Assembly: GCA_050084515.1 (NCBI GenBank)
Contig: CM114271.1
Coordinates: 21,576,001 to 21,640,000 of the forward strand
Source of the DNA: Blasia pusilla
Taxonomy: Eukaryota
DNA length: 64,000 bases
Direction: 5' to 3'
Positions 28,582-38,699 of the stretch are shown in pieces. The notes under the pieces were generated by a model that was not told the origin of the DNA, ran no database searches, and saw only the letters and a list, made by a program, of their open reading frames with translations. How positions within the stretch are numbered: the stretch's first letter is position 1; each line of letters starts with the position of its first letter. Made by a program: the position numbers and the translations under genes.

Positions 28582-29405
28582 CCGACCCACATAGTAAGGG
28601 GAGCTATGTGGTTGAGCGGGCTTGTACGCAAAATTTGCAAAGTGAGATTTTGCACGGAGATTATTTTTGGAAGACTGAACTGACTGTCGGCAAGGTGGGT
28701 GAGTTACCACAGACAGTTTGCGGGGGAGAGTTGACGATGGAGTATCTGTTGACGGGAGGATCGACGTGTTGGTCGAGGAGAGTGTTGTGTTGCGGAGATT
28801 GTCATCTCATGACGAGGAGTGCATGTTGACGGTGCAGCAGGTTGGAGGGCGTGATCAGGTTACCCATTCCAGTCCCTTTTCCCGCACTTGTCGTGTGTGA
28901 TTGAGAGTGCTGGGTATCGGGTAGTAGCTGGTGCTAGATGGGTGCAGTGATGGTGACGAGTGTAGATTCTTTTCATGTGTAGCATGTTGGTGGATATACG
29001 GCGGTTTCCGAGTAGGGGTCGCGTGTATGACCCGAGAGAGTGTCGCTAGGTTAGGTAAGCAATTGGGAGGCTCATGGTGAGCCCTAGTGTTGAGCGTGCG
29101 TGAGGCCGGGTATGTCATCACGGGATTGACGTTAGCATAGGTGAGCTAGTGAGGCGTGTGGGAGACTCTCGGTGAGTCTGAGTGCTTGAGCGGGTGAGAC
29201 AGGGTTTGTCATCACGGCGTTCTTCCAGGGTTCGGAAGAACGGGGTAGTGCGAGCAATGGTAGTGGTGTGTCACTGAGTGGAGTGAGATACCGAGGAGTT
29301 ACCAGTGAGGAGCTCCCTCGACATCCATCCGTGACTGGATCGTCATCACTGGACACTGAGTCTGGTGACGAGATCACCGATAGAGACAGTAGTACTTGGT
29401 AGGAG

Positions 29406-30600
29406 ATGGACGACATGGGCCATCGGGGCATGCGTCGTTTCTCGGGTGCAGTGGGCACCATCGACTTAGATGATTTCATCCAAGAGCTCGATACATGGTG
29501 CGACTTCCAGGAGATACGGACCCCGACACGGGTCAACCCTTTCATGGCATGGAAGGGGTTGTTCCAGCACTTGGAGGGTCCTCCGAGGGATGACTACATG
29601 GAGTTTCAATCACTATATTCAATAGAGATTGATGCATGGAGGATGTATTGGGCTCCAGGGTATGTGTCCACTAGTGGTCGCAAGGCATATGATGGGATTG
29701 TGAGAGGAGAGAGACCCACACCATCAACCCGGAGACTAGATGGAGAGGAGGGGAGTGAGACAGGCGATGTGGCAGAGACCTCTGGTGGTAGAGGGCCACC
29801 CAGCTTCAGCCCCACAGTGGAGTTCTTCCGAAAGTTGAGGAAGAGCTACCAGGGCGTACGCATCGACAAGCTAAAGAGTCTACATGATTTTCAGTGACGA
29901 TCGGGTGAGAGTCTGAGAGAGACATTCACATGCATGAGGAGGCTGATCATTGCTACGTTTGGAGTGACTGAGGTGCAATCAGTCCAGTATTGGTACGGGG
30001 TTCTCGACCGAGAACTACGGAGGAGAGTCCGAGATGCGGTGCTGATTCACACCGCGAAGCCCACATTGAAGGTGGTCTTTGAGTTGTCTGAGCGTATTGA
30101 GCTCAACATGAGTGAGGAGCAGGTAGTGGCCGCTGGATTTTCTCGAGAGTCGACGGGTCCACGAGCGACGGTGACCCCACAGGTGCCACAACGAGCACCA
30201 GTACCACGGGAGCGGGCCAGTGTGCCTAGAGAGCAGGGCGGGTACCGTGAGCCTATGAGGCAACGACCCGCACCTACATATGTTGCCCAACAGGGACCAA
30301 TGTGGTCTTGTTGGACGTGTGGAGGGGCCCATAGGCAGAGAGAGGCGCCACAAAGATGGGAGAGGACCACCAGCGCCTCCGATTGCTCAGGAGCCACAGA
30401 GGATGGCCCCACCACAGCACCAGTGTGACCATTGCCACAGATATGGTCACACTAGGGATAGATGTTTTGACCTTCGCCGAGGGGCACGTCCAAAGGTAGG
30501 CCGAGGGCCTGGAAGCGGTTGTCCTAGAGGAGGTCGGGGAGTTCTTCCTGGACGTGGTGGTAGAGGACCACCACCAGCCAGAGGAGATGGAGCAGAGCTC
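29406..30600 (+). pseudogene. gag: Gag with two CCHC-type zinc knuckles (disrupted)
   Basis: RRFSG...DLDDFIQELDTW N-terminus; in-frame TGA at 29895; CWTCGGAHRQRE at ~30309, then a frameshift to CDHCHRYGHTRDRC at ~30424-30465. Confidence 0.8.
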
Positions 30601-31279
30601 TAGAGCCGGCACTTCTCTCACGATCGATCGGTTGGAGGAGAGGATTGCTGCCGCCATGACGATGATGCGGCTTAGGAAGGCACGGAGTGCGGCGGCTAGT
30701 GTGACTCGGCTTCTACCTCTTACCCCGACCCAGTGAGGATCTCGCCAATATAGGATTCATGTGTAGTGCGGCCCAGGTTGAGGCGGTGCGCAGTGGTGAC
30801 TGGGAGTCTTTGGAGAGGCACCGAGCCATCGAGAGGTGGAGTTGAGATTGACCCACCGAGGGGACCGATGGGCGGCAGCCAGGGTTCCACGATGCGTTCA
30901 CATTGTCGGAGGCACTACACACACCATCGATGGTGCCTCGACGACCAACGGTGCCTACACTTCAGGCACCTACGTCGACGTCATGACGACTTGGAGTGAC
31001 AACTCCTATGCCGGCTCGAGTGGAGTCTGTGTCGACCATAGTGTTGGAGGTGGCCACCAGAGTGAGTCAGACTCCGCTATTTTCCGCCATAGAGTTGGCG
31101 ACGTTGGGAGTTGGACCAGCTGAGATGTTCTGGTTGGCCGCCACGTTGTGTGAGCGTGGAGAGATGATTGCTTCTTGTTCAGAGGTAGTTGAGGAGGTGG
31201 TGGACTTGCCCTCGAGCGGTCTTTGGCCGGGACGTTCCCCACGAGTCATGGCATCGGCGACGGCACGCGGTTGGTAGAT

Positions 31280-31760
31280 ATGCCAACTCGACCGGCCATA
31301 GAGCGAGCAGTGGTGACACCTGGAGTAGTGTTACTGGATAATCGAGCTGGAGTATTTCGCTTGGTTAGTCCGACGGGGATGGTATACCACCCGCAACGCG
31401 TCCTTCTTGATTTGGGAGCGCAACCCTTGATGTTAGGGAAGGCGGCGTGTTTAGCGTTGGGGTTACGGAAGGCCGACATTGAGCCTTGTCCCTTCCAGAT
31501 ATAGACCTCGATTGGGGGCATATCACCCACTCAGTATATGACCCGACGGGAGATTGTTGTCCGAGTCCAGCCAGAGCATGCGACGGATAGTGCTATGGTG
31601 TGCACACGTGCGATTACGACACCAGCTGAGTCGTACGATGTGTTGGTGGGGAGTACAGTGTTATATCCCCTAGGATTCATCCTTGACTTGTGGGAGGAGA
31701 CCGTTGCTTATCGGCCAGGATGGCGGTCACGTGACGGCCGGATGAGTCAGTTACCTGTGC
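31280..31760 (+). pseudogene. Retropepsin-like aspartic protease domain of Pol
   Basis: RVLLDLGAQPLMLG active-site-like motif and downstream YDVLVGSTVL; in-frame TAG at 31502. Confidence 0.75.
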
Positions 31761-32121
31761 AGTTTGCGGGACGAGGTGGTCGATCACGAGGCGAGTCTGT
31801 GACCATATTGGCGGCTTTCACAGGTAGTGTTAGCTAGCCAGGAGAGTTGTCGGAGGGGAACGCACATGCGAAGGATGTCCCAGTAGCGGATAGTCCCGCG
31901 GAGAGACATGCCATGGCGGGTGTCTCTTCCTATGTTGGCGAGGCCTCTTCACCATTGTGGGGTACGACTTGGGAGCTACAGAGGAGTGCCAACGACCTTG
32001 TGAGGCAAGCGTGGAGTCATGTTTTTATCCCAGAGCAGCGAGAGTCACGTGGTGATCGGGCTCTTGGAGTGGAGACGATGACCCCACTAGATACCACACC
32101 TGTTGTGTGGCAGTGCCCAGA

Positions 32122-33075
32122 GGAGGGTGTTAGGGTATTAGATCTCTTCGGAGGGATTAGCACCGGATTGGCTGCCATATTGCAGGCGGGCATACTGGTG
32201 CATCAGTTTCTTTATGTGGAGAGAGATGAGACCGCGCGGCGAGTATCATTACGTCACGTGGCAAGATTGGTCCAGAGGTATCCTGAGTTGTTGCCGGTAT
32301 CTGCAGTACGGGGATATCAGCATACGCTACCCACCGATATCTCTTTGGTGGGGGTGCAGGATCTGGATGGAGTTGGCACCATTCATTTGGTGATTGCTGG
32401 ATGGCCATGTCAGGGTCATTCATCAGCTGGCCGAGGATTTGGATTGCAGGATCCGAGGTCAGGGATGTTTTGGGAGATGTTGCGAGTAGTACGACACTTG
32501 CAGGAGAGTCAGATATGTTCTCCAGCGTACATTTTGGAGAACGTGCCATTGTTGGGAGACACTCGTGCACGTGTGATGACGAGTGTACATCAGGTGAGGT
32601 CCTGGTTGGGACCTACTGTGTTGTTAGATGCAGCGAGAGTTGGGTCACGTGCCCACCGTCCACGACTGTGGTGGACGAACCTGATACCATCAGAGGTACT
32701 GAGTCGAGCATACAGTGGAGTCCAGAGAGCACCACATCTCATAGTGGATGCTATTTTGGGCTCAGGGCGTCGATCTCAAGTGGTGACACGGGATAATAGA
32801 CCACCGTTGGCCATGGCCAATAGGGTGGGGGAGTTGAGGGCAGCCTTACCTACGTTGGTGAGCTTCCCAACATCCCATGCCTTTCGTCAGGGAGGGCCAA
32901 GCATGATTTGGGATGAGGTGACCGGAGTATTGGAGGAGCCTATAGCAGATGAGCGCGAGCGCGCCATGGGGTTCACTACCGGTACTACGACGGTGCCAGG
33001 GATGACTGAGGCATCACGGAGACAGGTGTTGGGTCAGACGATGGACCTCAACTGTCTCACATGGATAGTCAGCCT
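32122..33075 (+). CDS. C5 cytosine DNA methyltransferase domain, DNMT3-like with non-permuted motif order, embedded in Pol
   Basis: Uninterrupted within ORF 31847-33340. Motif I VLDLFGGISTG, II YVERD, IV AGWPCQGHS (catalytic PC at 32405-32410), VI ILENV (ENV at 32537-32545), VIII AHRPRLWWTN, IX ERERAMGF, X RRQVLGQTM. Same reading frame as the protease (ORFs 31223, 31538) and RT (ORF 33383). Confidence 0.93.
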
Positions 33076-33382
33076 AGGTATGGCTGAGCAGAGACGGATG
33101 CGAGTGTCATCCATGCCGTCACGTCCACGAGTTGGACCATTGCCTCACGAGTGGTCAATACAGGCATTGGTCGGGGGCGAGATGAGGAGAGATAGGCACC
33201 CATGGACTTCCTGGGACGTCGTTCAAGCAGAGAGTGCGAAGGCGGCTAGAGTAGCACATGTTCATTTTTCAGATGTGGAGCATGGTGTAGGAGGTCAGAG
33301 TGGAGTGGGTGTTGCGGAGGTGGCTAGCGTTGCTACATAGCAACCAAAGCTGGAGGTTGCGTCCTCTCCGAGTGAGGTCACG

Positions 33383-34830
33383 ATGGAGACTTGGGAGCCT
33401 GTGATAGGTCTCAAGTTGATAGGAGGAGAGCCACGGCAAGTTCATAGGTTTCTGAGAGGGCATGTCAGTTGTTTTGCCTTCAGTATGAGAGACTTGGGTA
33501 CGCTGAAGGGTCTTGGGATACGGATTGAGTTGGCTAGTGATACGCTGATCTTTCGTCGATCCTACAGGTATTCTGATATGGAGCGAGCCTTGATTCAGAT
33601 CAGGAGTCAGGACTTGTTGGAGGCAGGACTTGTGGAGTTATCACATGGGGAGTATGCATCTGCCACAGTCATGCCGGCAAAGAAGGATATGTATGGCAAT
33701 TGGACGGATAGGCGGATGTGTGGAGATTACCGTCCTATCAACCGACAGACGAGGTCAGATCGGTACGCCATGCCTACTCCTGAGGAGATCTTTGATGCGG
33801 TAGGCCATGCAAAGATCTTGAAGACTTTAGATCTCCGTCTTGGCTATCATCACTTCCTATCGAGTTGGAGGACAGGAGAAGACAACATTCTGGGGGATAG
33901 ATCGGTTTGGGAGAGATTGCTTGTATCAGTGGCGGTTCTTACCATTTGGGTTGAAGAACGCGCCTGCAGAGTTTCAAAGAGTGATGGATAGAATTCTGGC
34001 TGGCTTGGATTTTGTACGATGTTACATAGATGATATTATTATCTTCAGTTCCATGGTTGAGGAGCATGAGCGACACTTGGAGGAGGTGTTTCGGCGATTG
34101 CAGTTACATGGACTGAAGTTACATCCAGGCAAGTGCAGATTCTTTCAAGAGCAGATTGAGTACTTGGGACACACCATATACCCGAGTGGGTTAGGCGTTC
34201 AGCAGACGAAGGTAGAGGCTATTGCGCAGATTCCACGCCCTACAGATGTAAGTCGAGTCCGAGCATTTCTTGGACTAGCGAACTTCTATCGACGGTATGT
34301 CAAGGGTTTTAGTGCGATCGCAAAGCCTTTGACCTTGTTGACGAGACTTGATCAGGTTTGGTTGTGGGGAGATGATCAGGAGCGAGCATTTCAGGAGCTC
34401 AGGACAGGTTGCGTCCTCACCCATTTCTGAGAGACCGGTTAGGGTCGCCCATTCGATTACATACAGTTGGAGCATGTTGGGTCTAGGAGCAGTGCTTACT
34501 CAGAGGGATGACGAGGAGAGGGAGTTCGTTGTGGCTTACGCGAGCCGATCAAACAACATTGTAGAGGCGAAGTACAGCTCCTATGAGGGAGAGTGCTTGG
34601 CTGCAGTGTGGGCCGTGGCACATTTCAGGTGCTATTTGTTCGGCAACCCTTTCACACTTATCACTGATCATCAGCCGTTGAGGTGGTTGATGGAGTCCGA
34701 CAAGCTTACGGGAAAGCTTGCCAGGTGGGCTCTATTACTACAGGAGTATGAGTTCGAGGTGGTTCATAGGCCAGGTGGGCTGAACCAGGATGCGGATGGG
34801 TTGGGTCGTAACCCATGTCCGAGTCAGAGA
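33383..34830 (+). pseudogene. pol: Reverse transcriptase and RNase H (two frameshifts)
   Basis: RRMCGDYRPIN...YAMP, LDLRLGYH, LPFGLKNAPAEFQR, YIDD (34023-34034), YLGH, FLGLANFYRRYV; RNase H LGAVLTQ...YASR...YSSYEGECLAAVWAV...TDHQPL...LARWAL...ADGL. Confidence 0.95.
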
Positions 34831-35202
34831 GACGTCACGGGAGCTCGATGGCACGGAGAGAGTGATGAGGAGATGGTGCCCGGTTGGCATGCATCTGCCT
34901 ATCTTTGTTGGTTGACTATGGTAGGTCAGCCACATGTGATGACTCCAGTGGTGGGGTTGGATGATGAGTCTTTGGATCCGGAGGTCACTGAGGAGGCGAC
35001 AGGTGGTCGTGATATCCATGACGACGTGGAGGTTGTGGAGTTCTTGCGCAGTTGCGTCATAGCGAGCACGGTGAGTGCTAGGGAGCGGGATCGGATCCTA
35101 TAGAGGGCCAGGAGGTTCAGGTGGGAGGGGACTCATATTTTACGGGTATGGGGAGATGGTAGGATACGAGTGGTACCTCATCCTTCCCAGTGAGCACGTG
35201 TA

Positions 35203-36451
35203 GTGCGACATGCCCATAAGGAGTTTGGACATTTTGGAGTAAAGCGTACTAACAACTTACTCCAGGTTCAGTATTGGTGGCGCGGCATGCATACTGGGGT
35301 ACATCAGTTTGTGGCCAGATGTATGCTATGTGACAGAGTGCGAGCATCCTTCAATGTTCCCACTCCGCAGTTGCATCCTTTTCCGATTATGGGTTTAGGT
35401 TATCGGTGGAGTTTAGACTTTGCGGGACCTTTGCCATTGACAGGGCTTCATCATAGGTACGTGTTGGTCATGGTGGAGCATTTCTCCAAGTGGATAGAGT
35501 TGGTGGCACTACCAGACAAGGCGAGCGAGGGAACAGCTTATGCGTTTCTAGATTGTGTGCTTAGTCACTTTGGTACACCGGCGGAGGTGTTGACTGACCA
35601 GGTACCGAGTTCGGGGAGAGTTTCAGGCCTTGTGTGATCAGGCGCTGATAGATCACCACACCACGTCTAGAGATTATCCTGAGGCATATGGGTTGGCGGA
35701 GAGAGTGGTACAGACGGTGAAGAGAGGATTGCGCAAGTATGGCTTGCAGCGGGGACAGTTGAGGGAGTGGGACCTACAGTTGCCATGGTTGGCTATAGGT
35801 TATCGCTTTAGTCGGCACGCATCCTTGGCGTCATTTTCACCGTACTTTTTGCTCTTTGGGAGAGAGCCAGATTTACCCGCAGCGATTCGACGTGACATGG
35901 CGGAGGTGTTAGATCTTGATGATCCAGATGTGTGGGTGCAAGCATGTTCTCAGAGGGCAGAAGTTTTTCGTATAGTTATGCCTATGGCCTTTGAAAACTT
36001 AGCTATTGCCCACCATAGAGATACATTGAGGTACGCGACCATTCGTGGAGGAGGTTATCGTCCAGGGATTAGGAGGTCTCATCTTGGAGATAACGTTTAT
36101 TTACAGCAGGCGGCACCCACGACGCTAGATGTCACTGTAGGGCGCACGACCCTACGTGTGCGCGAGGTATTACCGACCGGAGTCCTCATGTTGGAGGGAC
36201 GGGATGGTTTGGTTTGGAAGGATCATGTGCGCAATTGTGCGCCATGTCATCTTCCGAATGTAGATGGGACGGTGGATCCGAGCTTGGCAGTGGTACCTGC
36301 AGGCTTGAGGTGTATGTTGTGCGGATCTGCGAGGGGTGCAGCCACCATGTTGGTATGTGATGGTTGTTCTCGAGGGTGGCATATGTCATGTCTAACCCTC
36401 CCTCTTGATGTGGTTCCCACGGGACGATGGATGTGTCTGAGATGTATATAG
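35203..36451 (+). pseudogene. DDE integrase (H2C2 zinc-binding and rve core) with C-terminal PHD finger
   Basis: HKEFGHFG...CMLC; WSLDFAGPLP; TDQ (frameshift ~35600-35630); GLAER. C-terminal CMLC...CDGC...WHMSC...WMCLRC is a C4HC3 PHD at ~36311-36446. Confidence 0.92.
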
Positions 36452-36525
36452 GGTAGTAGGTCATGTCAGAGAGATGTGATATTTTCTATCTGGAGTTAGG
36501 GGATCCAAGCGCCCACTAGGGGGCG

Positions 36526-36663
36526 GTTGTGTGATCTCCATGTATATGTATGAGTTTATTTTTGTACATGTGTGGATCGACCCGTGTGTGGGGAAGATTG
36601 GTGTTGTGTGGTGTAGATGTGACGAGCGATGTATGTTGTGTAGCGGTATGTATGCGCACGACA
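36526..36663 (+). repeat. Internal repeat B1 (138 bp), preceded by PPT-like TAGGGGGCGG
   Basis: Direct repeat of 37139-37276 with 4 mismatches counted by eye. Confidence 0.93.
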
Positions 36664-36665
36664 AC

Positions 36666-37138
36666 TTTCACATCTGAGTAGCCGATAGGCCGAGATCTAT
36701 CGTGGATAGGGCGTAGGAGCCAGCGGACTATCTTGAGTGTAACTTTGTCCCACGGTGTCGGATGAGGTTGAGGATAGGTCCATTGTGGGGAATGTCGTTC
36801 GACAACTTTCATGTTGAGGTCTTTTACAGTGGGTGACTTGTTGACCAGTCACCCCCCTCAGAATCTTTGTCTTGTGAGTTACCAAAGGAAGGGCTATTTC
36901 TAGGGGAAGAGCCTTTTGGCTCTTCCCAACCCTATATAAGAGAGGAAGATGGCTTTCCTAAGCCATCTTTCTCATGTTGGGCCGTTGGAGCACCTCCCTT
37001 GTATGTGTGTGAGCTAGGACTAGGGTGCTAGCGTCCGGATTCCTTGATAGCACAGGGTGGACGAGGCTTGATATGCCGATGTAGATTGAGGAGTGGAGTT
37101 TTAGGCCGGGTGTGCCATTTTTACTACTCTTTATTTTT
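36666..37138 (+). repeat. Repeat A2 (copy of 5' repeat A1)
   Basis: Matches 27325-27804 but starts TTTCAC instead of TGTCAC and lacks the terminal ACA. Confidence 0.93.
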
Positions 37139-37276
37139 GTTGTGTGATCTCCATGTATATGTATGAGTTGATTTTTGTACATGTGTGGATCGACCCGTGT
37201 GTGGGGAAGATCGGTGTTGTGTGTTGTAGATGTGACGAGCGATGTATGTTGTGTAGCGATATGTATGCGCACGACA
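37139..37276 (+). repeat. Terminal repeat B2
   Basis: Copy of B1; ends ...GCACGACA followed by ACCT. Confidence 0.93.
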
Positions 37277-38214
37277 ACCTGTCCTGGATACTGAATGGAA
37301 AAATCGAGTTTCCAGGTCACATCATGTCCTAATTGCAGTCACACCAAGATGAGGGAAGGCCTGCGAACAATAGATCACTTGCAACAGAAGACACATTGAA
37401 ACCACATTAATGAATCGGTGTTCAAGATCCTTCTTCCTGTTAAGAGAACTGAAATTGGGAGGGTGATTCAAACTTGCAAAGGGGACGGAGAAGGGAAGAT
37501 CTCACTCGACCGTCTCCATCATCCGGGCGATGCACCTTACGCCTTCCCACGGTGCACTTATCTGGGCCGATAATGAGTGTCAAGGCGACGATGAGACACC
37601 ACCACTCTTTCATGTTTCTGAATAGTGTCGTTGTTTTTTCATGACAGTTTGAGTTTACACGTCTTTCTATGTCTTATGGAGTTGAGAGAGATTTCCTGGG
37701 TCCATCACATCAAGATGTCCCGTGATCGCAGCTCTGAGATTGCATGCAGTCGTAGAGTGATTGGTACGCTGGTGCAATGAGGATGGTGGAGGTGGAGATC
37801 AGTACGATGAATTCATAGAGATAGATCACTTCAGATGGAGAAAGAATCATCGTTCTCTAGAGAAGACGATAACCAGATGATTGTGCAGAACCTATTCAAG
37901 GGATCCAACGGAAGGACTCCTAGAAAAACGGCGGAAGGTGCGCCACGCGCTCTTTAGCACATCGTTTGCCATGAACTTCCTACACGACTTCCTCAAGTAT
38001 CCCCACTTGTCCAAACCTGACTGGATGGAGGCCAGGGAAAACGAGGAGGAGGAGAAGCAAGAGAACGTGCAAGGTGTCGAGTCCTAGGAAAAATACAAGG
38101 AAAAGTTACGGTGCAAGAACTTCAAGGAGAGTAGATTTATAGTTTTGCATATAGCTGCTCTACTCCATAAGGAGGAGATTGTACGCAGACTTCTACATCA
38201 AGCTGATCTAGAAG

Positions 38215-38692
38215 CGCGTAGATGCACCGGGAGACTATCTGAGTCAGGAAAAAAGCCCCCTTATTTAAGCTTGACTCCGTTCGTAGGTGAGGAGTGAGAC
38301 AGACAGAGAGAAAAGAAAAAAGCCCGCGTAGACAGCAGCCTGCCCGTGCTCATACGCTCAATACGTAGGTGCGACCAGAGGGTAGAAAAAAAAGAGCGCC
38401 CATGCTCGTCCGCCCGATAGGTTGGTGCGACCAGAGGGTAGGGGACAGAAGTTGTTCACAGTTGGGTCCGCCCGATAGGTAGGTGCGGCTACAGGGGTAG
38501 GGGAGAGGGTAAGTGAGGGGTTCTAAGTCGGGTCGAGCCTATTGATGAGCGCGGTCCCTTTCAGCCCTTTTTGGCTGAAGTCTTGACCCCTATTCCTTTT
38601 GATGATGCCAGAAATCGTTTTGATATACGATTTTATTTTGTTTCTATTTTGTTTATTATATTTGATTTGGAAGTCACCTTTTTATTTCTTTG
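38215..38692 (+). pseudogene. nad3: Nuclear insertion of mitochondrial DNA (NUMT): 3' part of a group II intron plus a nad3 exon fragment
   Basis: 38594-38692 encodes [31 protein letters not shown], a conserved Nad3 segment. Upstream sequence ends ...cttcagccc-tttt-ggctgaag...gacccctAT, resembling group II domain VI and 3' splice site. Left boundary is approximate. Confidence 0.85.
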
Positions 38693-38699
38693 GAATAAG

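Larger units (their letters stand above)
27325..37276 (+). mobile_element. Full-length Ty3/Gypsy retrotransposon with DNMT3-like methyltransferase and PHD finger; split-repeat termini A1-internal-B1-A2-B2
   Basis: Begins TGTC (27325) and ends GACA (37276), flanked by ACCT at 27321-27324 and 37277-37280. Gypsy domain order gag-PR-(MTase)-RT-RH-IN. Repeats A and B are listed separately. Confidence 0.92.

Noticed and set aside
31847-33340. Interpretation as a host DRM/DNMT3 gene or a bacterial restriction-modification methylase
   Set aside because: Intronless, in frame with the retroelement protease and RT, inside the terminal repeats, repeated in a second TE copy, and with no neighbouring endonuclease.
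27325-37276. Classification as a DIRS/PAT/Ngaro tyrosine-recombinase element because of the split repeats
   Set aside because: No tyrosine recombinase ORF was recognised; the element has a protease and an H2C2/DDE integrase in Gypsy order.
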